Of a stretch of DNA of 64,000 bases, positions 24,623 to 35,563 are shown piece after piece. The number at the start of each line of letters is the position of its first letter. Positions within the stretch are counted from its first letter, which is position 1. The stretch is from Rebecca billardiae RCC1528 (lineage: Eukaryota > Protista > Haptophyta). Made by a program: the position numbers and the translations under genes. The stretch lies in assembly GCA_965240325.2 (NCBI GenBank), contig OZ251222.1:3968001-4032000 (forward strand). The letters run 5' to 3'. The notes beneath the pieces are model-generated. The model was not told the DNA's origin. It saw nothing but the letters and a program-made list of their open reading frames with translations, and ran no database searches.

Positions 24623-26562
24623 CCAGGTCGTTCCCCCTGCACTGGGAATCCGCGGTTTGGACATACGAGAAAAACAGCCGCAGGACGCACCCGTCGCTAC
24701 CCGCGAATAAGATTTTCACGTCTCGCGGGTGCGGATGTGCGTCAATCGATGAGCTGGTCTCGCAATCCCAAAATTGAGCCGCAACGAGATAGAGGGTGCA
24801 GGGAGCCCCCGGGGGCGGCTCGGCAGGCGAGGGCCGACCAAATCTTGACATTTGCCCTCGGCGGCAGGGGCAGCGGCGAAGGCCGGCCGAGCGCCGTTGG
24901 CGGGGCGCGCCCGGGGCACGGCGCTGCGGGCGCGGATGTGCTCGCGGAGCCGGCTTGCGTGGACAGGCTGTTGCGGGAGAGTATATGGCGCCCTCCTGCG
25001 CCGCGCGTCTCGCGCCACGCCTCTTTTCGCCGCGGCTCAGGGCAGCGCGCACGCGCGCGCCGCCTCGGAGGCCAGGCCACCGTGCCGCGCCGCAGCCGCA
25101 ACCGCGCGCGCGCCGTGCGCGGCGTGGTCTGGAAGGAACGGGGGGTGCTGCCGGGCGATATGACGACATCATGTGCGCACGCCATGCCGCCCCGCGGCGC
25201 CGCGAACGGGCACGATAACGGATCCGCACAGCTGTTGACGAGTGCTGATTTCTTGTCGTGCCTGAAGCCAGACCTCGGACGGCTCGAAGAAGATGATGAA
25301 AGTGCATCCGCGCGAGGAAAGCGTCGCACCCAGCACTTCTACACGACCACGCGGTGATGAACATTCATGTAAGAGTATCCCGCGTGCCCGCTTGGCACTG
25401 TTCTGTGTCTCAATGATCGTCCCGACAAGGGCCACGACCGCGAGGCCGTGCACACCATTCATAGTGTGACAACTCGAAGAGGCGTGCAAACGGACCAGCG
25501 ACACGCTCGGCAAGGTGTGGTGGGGCGGCATGGCGTGCGCACATGATATCGCCATCTCGCCCGGCAGCCGCGCCCGTTCCTTCCCGACCACGCCGCGCAC
25601 GGCGCGCGCGCGGTCGGCTGGCGGCGCGGGCAAGGCTGGCCTCGGAGGCGGCGCGCGCGTGCGCGCTGCCCTGAGCCGAGGCGAAAGAGGCGTGGCGCAA
25701 GTCGCGCGGTGCAGGAGGGCGGCAGATACTCTCCCGCAACAGCCCGTCCACGCACGCCGGCTCCGCAAGCACATCCGCGCCCGCAGCGCCCTGGCCCGGG
25801 CGCGCCGGCCCCAGCGGTCACGACCGCGACGGGCCGTGCACACCATTTGTGACAACTCGAAGAGGCGTGCAAACGGACAAGCGACACGCTCGGCAAGGCG
25901 TGGCGGGGCGGCATGGCGTGCGCACATGATATCGCCATCTCGCCCGGCAGCCGCGCCCGTTCCTTCCCGACCACGCCGCGCACGGCGCGCGCGCGGTCGG
26001 CTGCGGCGCAGGCAAGGCTGGCCTCGGAGGCGGCGCGCGCGTGCGCGCTGCCCTGAGCCGAGGCGAAAGAGGCGTGGCGCAAGTCGCGCGGCGCAGGAGG
26101 GCGGCAGATACTCTCCCGCAACAGCCCGTCCACGCACGCCGGCTCCGCAAGCACATCCGCGCCCGCAGCGCCATGGCCCGGGCGCGCCCCCCAGCGCCGG
26201 GCCAGCTGCATCGCACTCGCCGCCCAGCCGCAGGGGGCGGGTCAGAATCGGTGCTCCGCACCCGCGGGAGGGCTGGCCCGCCGCTCCGGTTGCACGCGAA
26301 GAACTCATTTCCAGCGCATCGATTTCGTGAGCGGACTATCGCTGACGAGGCTGATTACTGCGTTCCACGGCTTTGCCGCGCTCGGGATTTGGCTTCTCCA
26401 ATGGATGGATGTAGTTTCGTCATTTTCAATTGGAAAGCTCGATTAGATCGTTCAAGTGGTCTGATAGAGCAAGCGGAAGACTAAATCTGCGTTGCTATGC
26501 CGCGGCCTCGCGCTCTGAATAGTGCGAAACCGCGGATTCCCAGTGCAGGGGGAACGACCTGG
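24623..26562. mobile_element. Non-autonomous foldback-type DNA transposon, 1940 bp, 36-bp perfect TIRs, inserted in (TA)n
   Basis: CCAGGTCGTTCCCCCTGCACTGGGAATCCGCGGTTT at 24623-24658 has its exact reverse complement at 26527-26562, with (TA)n directly outside both ends. An internal ~300-bp arm (~24895-25195) is inverted relative to two tandem ~385-bp copies (~25432-25815, ~25818-26200). No transposase motif. Confidence 0.88.
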
Positions 26563-26725
26563 TATATATATATATATATTCATAAATAATAATAGTCATG
26601 CTCATGCATCATATATGCATGCCCATATGGCAGGCGCCGGTGGCGCTCGTCTATGATGGACCCGGCGGCGGCTGAGACTGCCGCACGAGCCACGAGTCGC
26701 ACGTCCACGACTCTCGCCCTCGGAC

Positions 26726-28297
26726 TCACACGAGCATCTGGCTCTGCGCACGCAGCAGATTTTCGGCATCGCTCAGCACGACGTCGACCCTGTCCACCGT
26801 GCCGCTGGCCACTGGGCTTCCCGCATCGGCGCGCGACCCACCGCCGACCGTCTCCGCCTCGGAGGCTCCCGCAGCGGCCGGTGCGCTTGCAGCAGCGTGG
26901 GCCTGCGCAAGCGGCGCGTCCTCCTCGCCGTCCGACTCGATCTCAGGGTCCTCGCCACCGAGCGAGGCGGAGACGACTGTCTCCAGGAGCGCCTCGTTGA
27001 GGCGCTGGCAAAGCCGCAGGCTCTCGAACTCCTCGATGCGCCGCACCAGATCCGCCGGTGGCATCAGCCCGGCCGCCCCTCGCGGCTCGGCGCGCGCGGC
27101 GCTCGCGTGCGCCGGTGCCCCTGGGTCGTCCGCTGCGGGCAGTGCAGCCGCCGTCGCCGCCGCGGGGCTGCCTGCCGCGGCCGGTGGCGGGCCGAGGATC
27201 TCAATGGGCGCCGGGAGCAGCGGATCCACCCGCATGCAGCTGATCATGTACTCGTACGACAGCTCGAGCGCCTGCTCCTCCGTCGTGCCGAGCGGAGCGA
27301 CCTCCCCGGAGCGGCGCGCGTACACGCGCTGACCGACGGGCACGCTGGCAAGAGGCACGGGCGGCAGCCGGCACGGCGCCTGCAGGCCGCGCAGCAGCTG
27401 CGTGACGAGCACGAGGCGCGAGTCGGCGGCGGACGCGCCCTCCGCCGCCGCGATCGGGCGCAGCGCCACGCCGGGCCTGTACACGAAGCGCACCCACGCC
27501 GGCCAGACGGGTGGCGGGCTGAAGTCGATGTACTGCAGCGAGTCGAGCAGGAGGCAGCCGTCCGCACACGTGCCCTCCGGCCGCGCGAGCAGCGTCGGGA
27601 AGGCGGCGGCGGGGTGCACGAGCGCGCGGGAGCGCGCGTTCGCCGCGCGCAGCCAGCGCACGTACCCCGCCGACTGCGTGCTCCGCTGGAAGACGAAGGA
27701 GCCGTCGGCCCAGTACGTGTGCGCCTCGCCCCACGGCGTCTCAAAGTGGCCCTGCAGCCAGCTCGGCAGCCGCACCACGACGATCTGGCCGCCAGGGAAT
27801 GCGCGGCGCACGCCGATCGCGGCGCTGTACGTCGTGTTGTTGCAGAACGTGATGTCGAGCACGCCCAGCTGCCGCACGAACGCCCCGTCCACAGCTGCGG
27901 CCGCGGCGAGCGCCGCGAGCGCCGTGTCAGTCAGCCGGTCGGACGCCGACACGTCCAGGATGCGCAGCGCCGGTGGCGCGCGCTGAAGCTCGGCAAGCTG
28001 GGTGAGGATGGTGTTCGTGGCGGCGCCAGCGAGGGAGAGGGACGTCAGCGAGGCGAAGCGCGGCAGCCAATGCGTCACGGCTTCACCGGGCAGGGCGAGA
28101 GATTGCGGCGACGCCCGTCGGACGTTCCGTCCGTCCACGCGGCGAGCCGAGCGCTGCAGGACGGGGCTCGCGCAACCGACTCGTATCCGCGCCATGCCCG
28201 CCGGTACGTGCTCCATGATCGCGTCACGCAGCTCTGGCGGCAGCGTCTCGAGGCACGGCGGCGGCTCGGCCGCGGCGTTGCCGGTGGGCGTCGCCAT
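26726..28297 (-). CDS. F-box/LRR-like protein
   Basis: F-box-like N-terminus LETLPPELRDAIMEHV and LRR-like units LTSLSLAG, LRILDVSASDRLTDTAL and LGVLDITFCNN. Intronless 523-aa ORF with good codon bias. Confidence 0.65.
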   Translation of the reverse strand: MATPTGNAAAEPPPCLETLPPELRDAIMEHVPAGMARIRVGCASPVLQRSARRVDGRNVRRASPQSLALPGEAVTHWLPRFASLTSLSLAGAATNTILTQLAELQRAPPALRILDVSASDRLTDTALAALAAAAAVDGAFVRQLGVLDITFCNNTTYSAAIGVRRAFPGGQIVVVRLPSWLQGHFETPWGEAHTYWADGSFVFQRSTQSAGYVRWLRAANARSRALVHPAAAFPTLLARPEGTCADGCLLLDSLQYIDFSPPPVWPAWVRFVYRPGVALRPIAAAEGASAADSRLVLVTQLLRGLQAPCRLPPVPLASVPVGQRVYARRSGEVAPLGTTEEQALELSYEYMISCMRVDPLLPAPIEILGPPPAAAGSPAAATAAALPAADDPGAPAHASAARAEPRGAAGLMPPADLVRRIEEFESLRLCQRLNEALLETVVSASLGGEDPEIESDGEEDAPLAQAHAAASAPAAAGASEAETVGGGSRADAGSPVASGTVDRVDVVLSDAENLLRAQSQMLV

Positions 28298-28458
28298 GAT
28301 GGATGATTCAGTATCCGGGTACTGCCAATGTCTACTAGACGATGATCATCATCAAGTACCTCATGACACTGACACTAGTGACAGTAACTGCCTGCCACTC
28401 TCAATCTCGTCATCTAGCGCAGCATCAACTCAGCAGTGAGAGACGAGTAAGAAGATCT

Positions 28459-28553
28459 AGCAGCAGGGACAAACACCAGGCGGATCAGCGCTCCTCGCCG
28501 TCGTCCCCCCCGCCCCCTCGTAGTCGCCCATCACTCCATCGCCGAGCGGAAGC
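28459..28553 (+). repeat. Dispersed ~95-bp repeat, copy 1 (inverted copy at 60806-60903)
   Basis: GATCAGCGCTCCTCGCCGTCGTC-Cn-TCGTAGTCGCCCATCACTCCATCGCCGAGCGGAAGC is nearly identical to the reverse complement of 60806-60903. Confidence 0.85.
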
Positions 28554-28772
28554 CCGATGCACCGTCTCAGGCGTCGACGCGCGCGCGCCACCGCGGTGGT
28601 CGCGGTGCCACGCGTCGTCAGCCGTCGTCTCGAAGTAGTCGTCGTGCGCAGCGCCCCCGCGGGCGCGTGCCCCCGGGCGCACGTGCGCCATGCGCGCGCG
28701 CGCGATGAGCATCTTGGCCTGGCCACGCAGGCAGCACGGTGTATACAAGCGGACCGTCGTCGTGGTACGCCA

Positions 28773-31700
28773 CTACAGTACGCGCTGCAGCCGACGCCGC
28801 CGCCGCCGCCGCCGCCGATCCCAGTGCTCCCCCTTGCGGACGGCGTCACCAAACACGCAGTGGTCCCTCCTCCCGTGCCCGATCTTGTTGCAGATGCCAA
28901 ACTTGGGCGCGATCGCTGACTCGCCCTCGTTGCCGAGCGGCGCGTCCTCGCAGCCGCACAGGTCCGGCGGGATGCGCGCATCCGCGCACGTCCGATTGGG
29001 CGGCACGGCGTGCTCGGCGAGGTCGAAGGCCCAGGGGACTGGCGGCGCGGCGCGCGTGCGCGGCGCCAGCCAGCCGAGCAGCGTGCGGTGCAGGTCCAGC
29101 CCCGTGATCAGGCGTTGCTCGTTGGCGCGCAGCGCCGCGGCCTGGCGCCCGTCGAGCAGCTGCTCGGGCACGAGCAGCGTCGTCCACGGCGAGCGGTGCT
29201 CCATCTGCACCGACCAATCCGCGTCATGGACGCCCTTCTGCTGCAAGCCGTGGTCGCCGCGCAGCACGGCGATCGTGTCGCCCCGGCTGACGAGCCGCTC
29301 GAGCGCGGCGCGCAGCATGCCGTCCAGCTGCTCCGCACGGCGCGCCTGCCAGCGCGCGATCATGGCGCTGTGCGCGGCCACCAGGTTGCCAAACGCAAAG
29401 CGCGGCACGTCCGGCGCGTACGCGTCCCACAGCTGCTCGAGCTGACGCAGCGGCCAGCGGCCCACGCTCTCGCCGTCCGTGCTCGGGAAGCAGCTCGGCG
29501 GCGTGTCGTGGAAGCGGACACTCACGCCGTTGATGACGTGCTCTTGACGATGGCTGAGCCGGCGCAGGTTGGCGGGCACAGGCACGGTCGGCGGCTTCGT
29601 CGCCAGCGTGCAGAACAGCTTGTCGAACCGGTGGTCGAACGCAGCCGCCGCGTCGAAGAAGGTGTCCGGCAGGACCCACGGCGAGCCCGCGGGGCAGATC
29701 TCCTCGATCATCATCGACACATAGCCGGCCGAGCGCGCGACGTCGTGCAGCCACACGGGCGCCGCGCGCTCGGCCTCGGCGGTGGCGCCGCCGCCGCCGG
29801 CGCGCGCGCGGTTGCCGCGGTCGCACCGCTGCTCGACAGGGTCCGGCCAGCCCGCCACCTTCACCGCCTCGAAGCCGGGCGCCATCGTCGCGTGCGGCGA
29901 GGTGCCCATGCAGCCGGCGAGGAGCGCCATCTGGTTGGCAATCGACGCGGTGCCGAGCACGTTGGCCTTCTCAAAGTCGAACGCTCGCACGCGCGCGCTC
30001 GGGTGCGCGCTCGGGCCGCGCGCAGCCGCCGACGGTGCCTCCGCCGAGGCGGCGCGCTCGGCCGCGTCCCCGCGCAGCGACCGCACCCACGCGAACGTCA
30101 GGGGGAGGTGGCGCTGCGCGTACTTGCGCGAGACGGAGTCGAGCTCGAGGACGAGCAGGGAGGGCGGCGCACGCTCCGTCCGCGCGCCGCGCCGCTGCTC
30201 GCGCGCGGCTGTGGAGCGGCGCACGAGCCGCTGCTGCCGCGCGATGCGCAGGTGCACGTCCATCGACGAGGAGGGCTGGGGCGGACGGCCGTCGTGGCGC
30301 GGCACGCTCGTCACGTTGCACGCGACGATGACGAAGTCCTCATCCGGCCGGAGCGGGCCGAGCTCCGGGCAGCCGCGCCAGCCGCGTGGCGCGGTGGCGC
30401 ACTCGCACGCGCTCAGCGCCTGCGCGCTGCCAGCCCGGGGCTGCACGCGCGATCCGTCAGCGCGCGTGGCCAGCGCGGTGCGAGAGACGTTGGCGTCCTC
30501 GTGGCAGACGCCGATCGTGTCCGGCCGCTTGCCCGTGGCCTGGGCCTGCGCGTAGAAGCTCCACAGCGAGGGCAGCACGTGCGGCCGCGGGCACGCCCCC
30601 TCCGCGCTGCCGGGCGGCGCGGGCGGCGCGCGGCCGCACCACTCGGGCGGAATGCCCATCTGCGCGCACGGCCGATCGGCTGGTACGGGCCGCGGCCCGA
30701 GGAGCGACCTCCCCAGCGCGCGCGCCGGCGGCGGCCGCTCATCCCCGAGGCCGAGCAGCTCGAGCAGCGTCGCGTGCACGTCGAAGTGCGTCAGCCGCGC
30801 GCTCGTCGCGCCCGGCGCGAGCGCGCGGCCGCGCGGCAGCTTGGCAAACAGGATGGGCTCGGCGCGCTCGCGCTCGCCGGGCGCGGTGAGGAAGTAGGGG
30901 CCGTAGTGCAGCCCGTGGTCAGAGAGCACGAGCGTCGCCGTGTCGGTTCGCGCCTCCCACCGGCGGAGGAAGTGGGCGAGCGGCTTGTCCACCACGCCCG
31001 CCAGCGCCATCGAGTCCTCGTGCGAGTCCACCAGCGAGAGGAACGCGCCAAACGGGCGGCGCGCGCGCTCGTGTGCGCCCGCGAACGCCATGGCGTAGCT
31101 GAGGAGCGCGTGGGCGGCGAGCTGCGAGCCCGCGCAGTTGGGCCGCCCCCACGCCGCGCAGAAGAGCTGCCCGAACTCCTCGCCGTGGCTCACGTTCGGC
31201 CGGAGCGACTGCACCATGTTCGAGTTGGCCACGCAGCCGTCCTCCGACTTGAGCGTCGCGTACCCGCGCGCGCGCAGCCGGTCCCACAGCCACGGCGTGG
31301 CCGCGTGCTCGCCCACGCCCTCGCGGCTGCGCAGCGGCATGCCCGCGTACAGCGCCGCCTGGTTCGGGCCCGAGTTCGGCCCGACCACCGTCAGGTTGCG
31401 CAGCTCGGCGTACCCGAGCTCGGCGAGCGCCGCCGCGGTGAGCGGCAGCGAGCGGCGGAAGTGCGCGCGCGAGATCGGGTCGAGCAGCACGACGAGCAAG
31501 TTGGGCGGCCGCTCGGCGGCCGAGCTGCCGCGGCCGGCACCGGACGCGCCGCCGCGTTCGGCGCGCCACGGCCGCCCGCCCAGACCGCGCATGCGCTGCG
31601 CGCACACGGGCTGCCGCGGCTCGTTGCTCAGCACGTGCCCCTCAGCCGGCGTGCGCCGTGCGCAGCGCACCCACACGCACGCCACCTCGGACGCCAGCGG

Positions 31701-33755
31701 GTGTGCCGCTGAGAACCAGACGCGCTCCACCCGAGGGGACGTGGGACCGATGGTGCGCTCGCCGCACGTGAGCTGCAGCGGCCAGCCAGCCGCGTCGGGC
31801 CCGCTCGTCCAGCGCAGCGCCGCGCCCTTCTCCACGGCGCACCCGGGGTAGTGTGGCGCTGCTCGCCGGTCGCCCACGTGCACGTACGCGCTGCGCGCCG
31901 GGACGGCCAAGTCGAGGCCCTGCGTCGCAAACAGCAGCGCGCTGCCGCGCACGTGGGCGATGGCGTCGAGCTGGGCGCCGCCGCGGGTCAGGAGCGTGTT
32001 CGGAGGCAGCACGTCGTGCGTGCAGGCGAGCAGCTGCACCTTGTACGCGCGGCGGCGCAGCATGCTCACCGCGCGCTCCGCCGCGCTCGGCGCGGACGGC
32101 GGCATGCGCGGCAGGCCGTCCAGCGCCGGCCGGCCGCGGTCGCAGCCGGGCTGCGCGCCGAGCACGAGGTACGTGATCGTGCTGTGCGCGAGCAGCCTGC
32201 GCGCGGAGAGCAGCGCGCGCTCCTCGCTACCCTCCGCGTCGAGCACCATCAGCAGCACCCAGCCGGGCAGCGCCACCCGCCGCTCGTCAAACCAGCGGTC
32301 GACGCCAAACACGTCCCGGCCGCTGATCACGTGCACGCGGTGCCCGTTCTCGCGCGCCACGCGCACCACCGCGCTGGAGGCGGCCCACGCGCCCACGACG
32401 ACCACGTCGCTGTGCGCGATGCGGCGCGAGAGCGTGCGCTCGAGGAACTCCGACATCACGAGGCCCGGCGCGAGCACGCGCGCGCCGTCGCACCGCTTGC
32501 GCCTCCTGGCGAGGGGCGACCTGCGCACCGCCACCTCGCGCGCACGCGTCGAGCCGCTGCTCCGGGCGAGGCGCAGCGCCCCAGCAGGCCGCGAGGTGCT
32601 GCCGCTCCGGCGCGGCGCTGCGGCCCGCTGCGCGGACGAGCTGCCGCCCGCGCGCTGGACGGTCGGGGGCGCGGCCTGGCGGACGAGTATCTCGAGCCTT
32701 CTCCCCGCATGGCGTGCACGGGAAGGGCAGTAGCGCGCGGCGCAGAAGACGTGCGACACGTGCGCGCCCGCGCGCGCAAACACGAGGTCGTTGCTCAGCG
32801 TCAGGTGTGCGCCCGCGTGCGCGGCGTGGCACGTCGAGTTGCACACGACGCCGCGCTCGAGCGCGCCGGCCCAGACGGAGTCGCGGCCGTACAGGACGCT
32901 CTGCGCGTCGAGCGCGGTGGGCATCACCAGCGCGCGCTCCGCCGAGGCGGCGCGCAGGCTGTGCAGGTCCGTGCCCTCACGCGCAGGCACCGCGGGGTGC
33001 GCCAGGTCACACCGGCTGTGTGTGCGCTCCGCACCTGCCAGGCCGATGTGCCGCGTGTACGCGGGCACCGTGCGGCTCGAATCGCCGGGGTACACGTGGA
33101 GTCGCGCCGCTCCGAAGATCTCTCGCAGCTTGCGCTCCGCCAGCTCCTGGTACGGCCGGTCCATCAGGTCGAAGGACTTGACCTGCGTGTGCGGACTCGC
33201 CGTCAGGAAGAGCGCCGCCGAATGGCCCGCGTTGAAGCCGGTCTCGCAGATGGTGAGGGGCTTGGGCCCACGCGCTTCGGCGAGGGAGTCCAGATGCAGC
33301 AGCACGAACGCCACTTGCTCCGGGTACAGGTAGATGCCCCCGGAGATCTTAGTCTGCCGCCGGACCCGCTTCGACGCCGCGTGCATGCCGCTCCGCGACG
33401 GCGATATCGTGCGCTCGATCTCGGCCCACGCGGCGCACACGGCACACAGCCGCTCACGCAGGCGTCGAGGGCCATTCTGCAGCGCCTCCATCAACGGACC
33501 GTGCGACTCGAACGCCTGGCGCATGCCGTGCGCCGTCGAGAAGGCGTCGTCCACGACGAGGTCGGCGACGCCCTCACACATCGCGTGGCTGTGCGTCCAG
33601 CCCGAGCCGCACGAGGGCCGCACCTTGTGCGACCAGCTGGTGTTGGCGTGGTCTGGCCCCGCACCGAGCGCACCGAAGCGACTGCAGGCGAGAAGCAGCA
33701 GCGCGCACGCCACGAGCTCGAGTAGCGACGATGGGTGGCGCCGGCCCATCGGCAT
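28773..33755 (-). CDS. Secreted/Golgi multidomain protein: class I SAM methyltransferase + FkbM-like domain + two DUF229 (alkaline phosphatase/sulfatase fold) domains
   Basis: Signal peptide LLELVACALLLLACSRFGALG. MTase motif ICETGFNAGHSAALFL...VKSFDL...PGDS. FkbM-like LMVLDAEGSEERAL. DUF229 motifs PNLLVVLLDPISRAHFRRSLPLT / VGPNSGPN / LSDHG and PSLLVLELDSVSRKYAQRHLPLT / RGDHG, each domain ending R(P/T)C...IPPxxC. 1660-aa uninterrupted ORF. Confidence 0.8.
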   Translation of the reverse strand: MPMGRRHPSSLLELVACALLLLACSRFGALGAGPDHANTSWSHKVRPSCGSGWTHSHAMCEGVADLVVDDAFSTAHGMRQAFESHGPLMEALQNGPRRLRERLCAVCAAWAEIERTISPSRSGMHAASKRVRRQTKISGGIYLYPEQVAFVLLHLDSLAEARGPKPLTICETGFNAGHSAALFLTASPHTQVKSFDLMDRPYQELAERKLREIFGAARLHVYPGDSSRTVPAYTRHIGLAGAERTHSRCDLAHPAVPAREGTDLHSLRAASAERALVMPTALDAQSVLYGRDSVWAGALERGVVCNSTCHAAHAGAHLTLSNDLVFARAGAHVSHVFCAARYCPSRARHAGRRLEILVRQAAPPTVQRAGGSSSAQRAAAPRRSGSTSRPAGALRLARSSGSTRAREVAVRRSPLARRRKRCDGARVLAPGLVMSEFLERTLSRRIAHSDVVVVGAWAASSAVVRVARENGHRVHVISGRDVFGVDRWFDERRVALPGWVLLMVLDAEGSEERALLSARRLLAHSTITYLVLGAQPGCDRGRPALDGLPRMPPSAPSAAERAVSMLRRRAYKVQLLACTHDVLPPNTLLTRGGAQLDAIAHVRGSALLFATQGLDLAVPARSAYVHVGDRRAAPHYPGCAVEKGAALRWTSGPDAAGWPLQLTCGERTIGPTSPRVERVWFSAAHPLASEVACVWVRCARRTPAEGHVLSNEPRQPVCAQRMRGLGGRPWRAERGGASGAGRGSSAAERPPNLLVVLLDPISRAHFRRSLPLTAAALAELGYAELRNLTVVGPNSGPNQAALYAGMPLRSREGVGEHAATPWLWDRLRARGYATLKSEDGCVANSNMVQSLRPNVSHGEEFGQLFCAAWGRPNCAGSQLAAHALLSYAMAFAGAHERARRPFGAFLSLVDSHEDSMALAGVVDKPLAHFLRRWEARTDTATLVLSDHGLHYGPYFLTAPGERERAEPILFAKLPRGRALAPGATSARLTHFDVHATLLELLGLGDERPPPARALGRSLLGPRPVPADRPCAQMGIPPEWCGRAPPAPPGSAEGACPRPHVLPSLWSFYAQAQATGKRPDTIGVCHEDANVSRTALATRADGSRVQPRAGSAQALSACECATAPRGWRGCPELGPLRPDEDFVIVACNVTSVPRHDGRPPQPSSSMDVHLRIARQQRLVRRSTAAREQRRGARTERAPPSLLVLELDSVSRKYAQRHLPLTFAWVRSLRGDAAERAASAEAPSAAARGPSAHPSARVRAFDFEKANVLGTASIANQMALLAGCMGTSPHATMAPGFEAVKVAGWPDPVEQRCDRGNRARAGGGGATAEAERAAPVWLHDVARSAGYVSMMIEEICPAGSPWVLPDTFFDAAAAFDHRFDKLFCTLATKPPTVPVPANLRRLSHRQEHVINGVSVRFHDTPPSCFPSTDGESVGRWPLRQLEQLWDAYAPDVPRFAFGNLVAAHSAMIARWQARRAEQLDGMLRAALERLVSRGDTIAVLRGDHGLQQKGVHDADWSVQMEHRSPWTTLLVPEQLLDGRQAAALRANEQRLITGLDLHRTLLGWLAPRTRAAPPVPWAFDLAEHAVPPNRTCADARIPPDLCGCEDAPLGNEGESAIAPKFGICNKIGHGRRDHCVFGDAVRKGEHWDRRRRRRRRRLQRVL

Positions 33756-34234
33756 GGTGCAGGCAAGGTTGTCCTTGCTCGTGCGCCCCGCCCCGCAAGT
33801 GCGAAATCGAGCAGCAGTCGTCGTAAGTGAAGTTTATCGCTACAATTGATGCGACTGTGATGTTGTGAATCATCATACGTTATGTTACATAAAGTATTGT
33901 AGCCAGCTCCAGGCGTTTTCGCCCGGGCGGGGGCCCCCGGGCCGTACCAGGGCACAGCCACCTAAAAAATCGTCTAGCCAACGCCCAACTCAACGGGAAG
34001 CACTGGCCTACCGCCATTTCAGATCACTGACAGACAGATCACTCATCCCGAGGTCGAGGCAGCGCCCGACCCGCACGCGACATGACTCTCTAGAGCGGAC
34101 AAGCCGATCGCGGAAGACAGACATATGCCACGGGGTGTGCGATTCACGGCAGCATGCTGACAACGTCATCGCCCGACTGGCGCACTCGTCATTCATAAGT
34201 CATAACGGCAACGGCAGGCAGCAGCGGATTAATA

Positions 34235-35197
34235 TTAATAATGCCGATGCGCCGCCCGCGGCGCCCGGCATCCGTCCTCGGAGCTGCATACTTTGCGCGG
34301 CGGGAGCCTGGGAACGTGTTCCCTGCGCTTCTCATCAGCTCCCAATACATCGATCAGCCTGGGATGGAATGGAGGCTGCGCCTCTGAGCCCGCTTGCGCG
34401 TCGCACCACGCCGCCCACATGCCCTCGGCGTCGAGCACGCCTCCCAGCTCACGCGGCACCGCCTCTGCTGGCACGTACTTGCTCAGCTCTGCAGGTGTGG
34501 AGAGGACACTGACGCGCGCACGCACGCGCTCGTGCACGAGGTGCAGCGACAGCAAGAGCACTTGCCGCAGGAAAAATGACGCATTCACGACGAGCACGCT
34601 GCTCACCTTGCATGGGAACGCGTCGCGCCACATCGCGATGCCTCGCCGCACGTCTGCGAGCGCAAAGTGGCGTGCCATCGGTACGTCGGCGCCGGCGAGG
34701 TTGATGAGGAGGGTCACGCCCATGTGCTGCGCGCGGGGCGTTGCCATCATCGCCTCCACCACGTAGCTCGCCATGCGGTGGAACGCCTCGATCGGGCACA
34801 CGCGCGGGTCGACGCGAGCGGCGTTGAAGACCAGCACCTGCCTGCCCGCGCGGTCCGGCAGCGGCAGGATCTGGTGCGCGCCCGTGCGCAGCGGCACCTC
34901 CGAATCGCGCGCGTGCAGCCTCATCGGCCAGCCCTCACGAGCGCGGAACGCGGCGAAGTTGCGAAGCACCTTCTCCGCGCGCTCCGAGCTCAATCGCGCG
35001 ACGCGCAGCGCTTGCGTCACGAGCGCCTCGGGCAGGCGGAGGTTGTCGGCTTCAAGCACGGCCTTGAGCGCCTTGAGCGCAGCGGGCAGGCCCCGCTCAA
35101 TCTGGTCGATCTCCTCCTGGGCGATTCCCACCTCCTCGAAGTCACTTGCGTCGTGGAAGCGGCCGACAGCGCCGGAGAGCAGGTCGGAGTACCCCAT
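34235..35197 (-). CDS. CRAL-TRIO (Sec14-like) lipid-binding protein, tandem copy A
   Basis: ALRVARLSSERAEKVLRNF N-domain, DRAGRQVLVF, GVTLLINLAG, DAFPCKVSSVLVVN and VPRELGGVL. Confidence 0.88.
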   Translation of the reverse strand: MGYSDLLSGAVGRFHDASDFEEVGIAQEEIDQIERGLPAALKALKAVLEADNLRLPEALVTQALRVARLSSERAEKVLRNFAAFRAREGWPMRLHARDSEVPLRTGAHQILPLPDRAGRQVLVFNAARVDPRVCPIEAFHRMASYVVEAMMATPRAQHMGVTLLINLAGADVPMARHFALADVRRGIAMWRDAFPCKVSSVLVVNASFFLRQVLLLSLHLVHERVRARVSVLSTPAELSKYVPAEAVPRELGGVLDAEGMWAAWCDAQAGSEAQPPFHPRLIDVLGADEKRREHVPRLPPRKVCSSEDGCRAPRAAHRHY

Positions 35198-35563
35198 TGA
35201 CTTTGCGGCCGCCCGCCCGCCGGCCGGCGGCCCGGCGGCGGGGGACGCACGGGACGCACGGGGAGGGGAGCCAGTGTTTACAGTATTTCTTGGGCCAAGC
35301 AGTGGCAAGTGCTTCCGACCGGGGAGGCGGGGAGGGCCGGCGGAAAGCGGCAGAAACTTGGAAACTTCGTCAATAATTTGTGGCTGTGCGGTGTGCCTAC
35401 TTTCGACTTCGGGCGACGAATCGTCACAACGAACGGACTCGATCGACGACGCCCTGAGTGCAGGCTGATCGGCAAAGTCGCTACGATTATGCCATCGTGC
35501 TTGCTCATCGCGCCGCGCGTATACACGGTACCTACCTAATGTACATCAGCTCGGCTTTCAGAC

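Noticed and set aside
24606-26484. ORFs (up to 379 aa) within the foldback element as a transposase
   Set aside because: They are translations of the GC-rich internal repeats, with no DDE/HTH signature.
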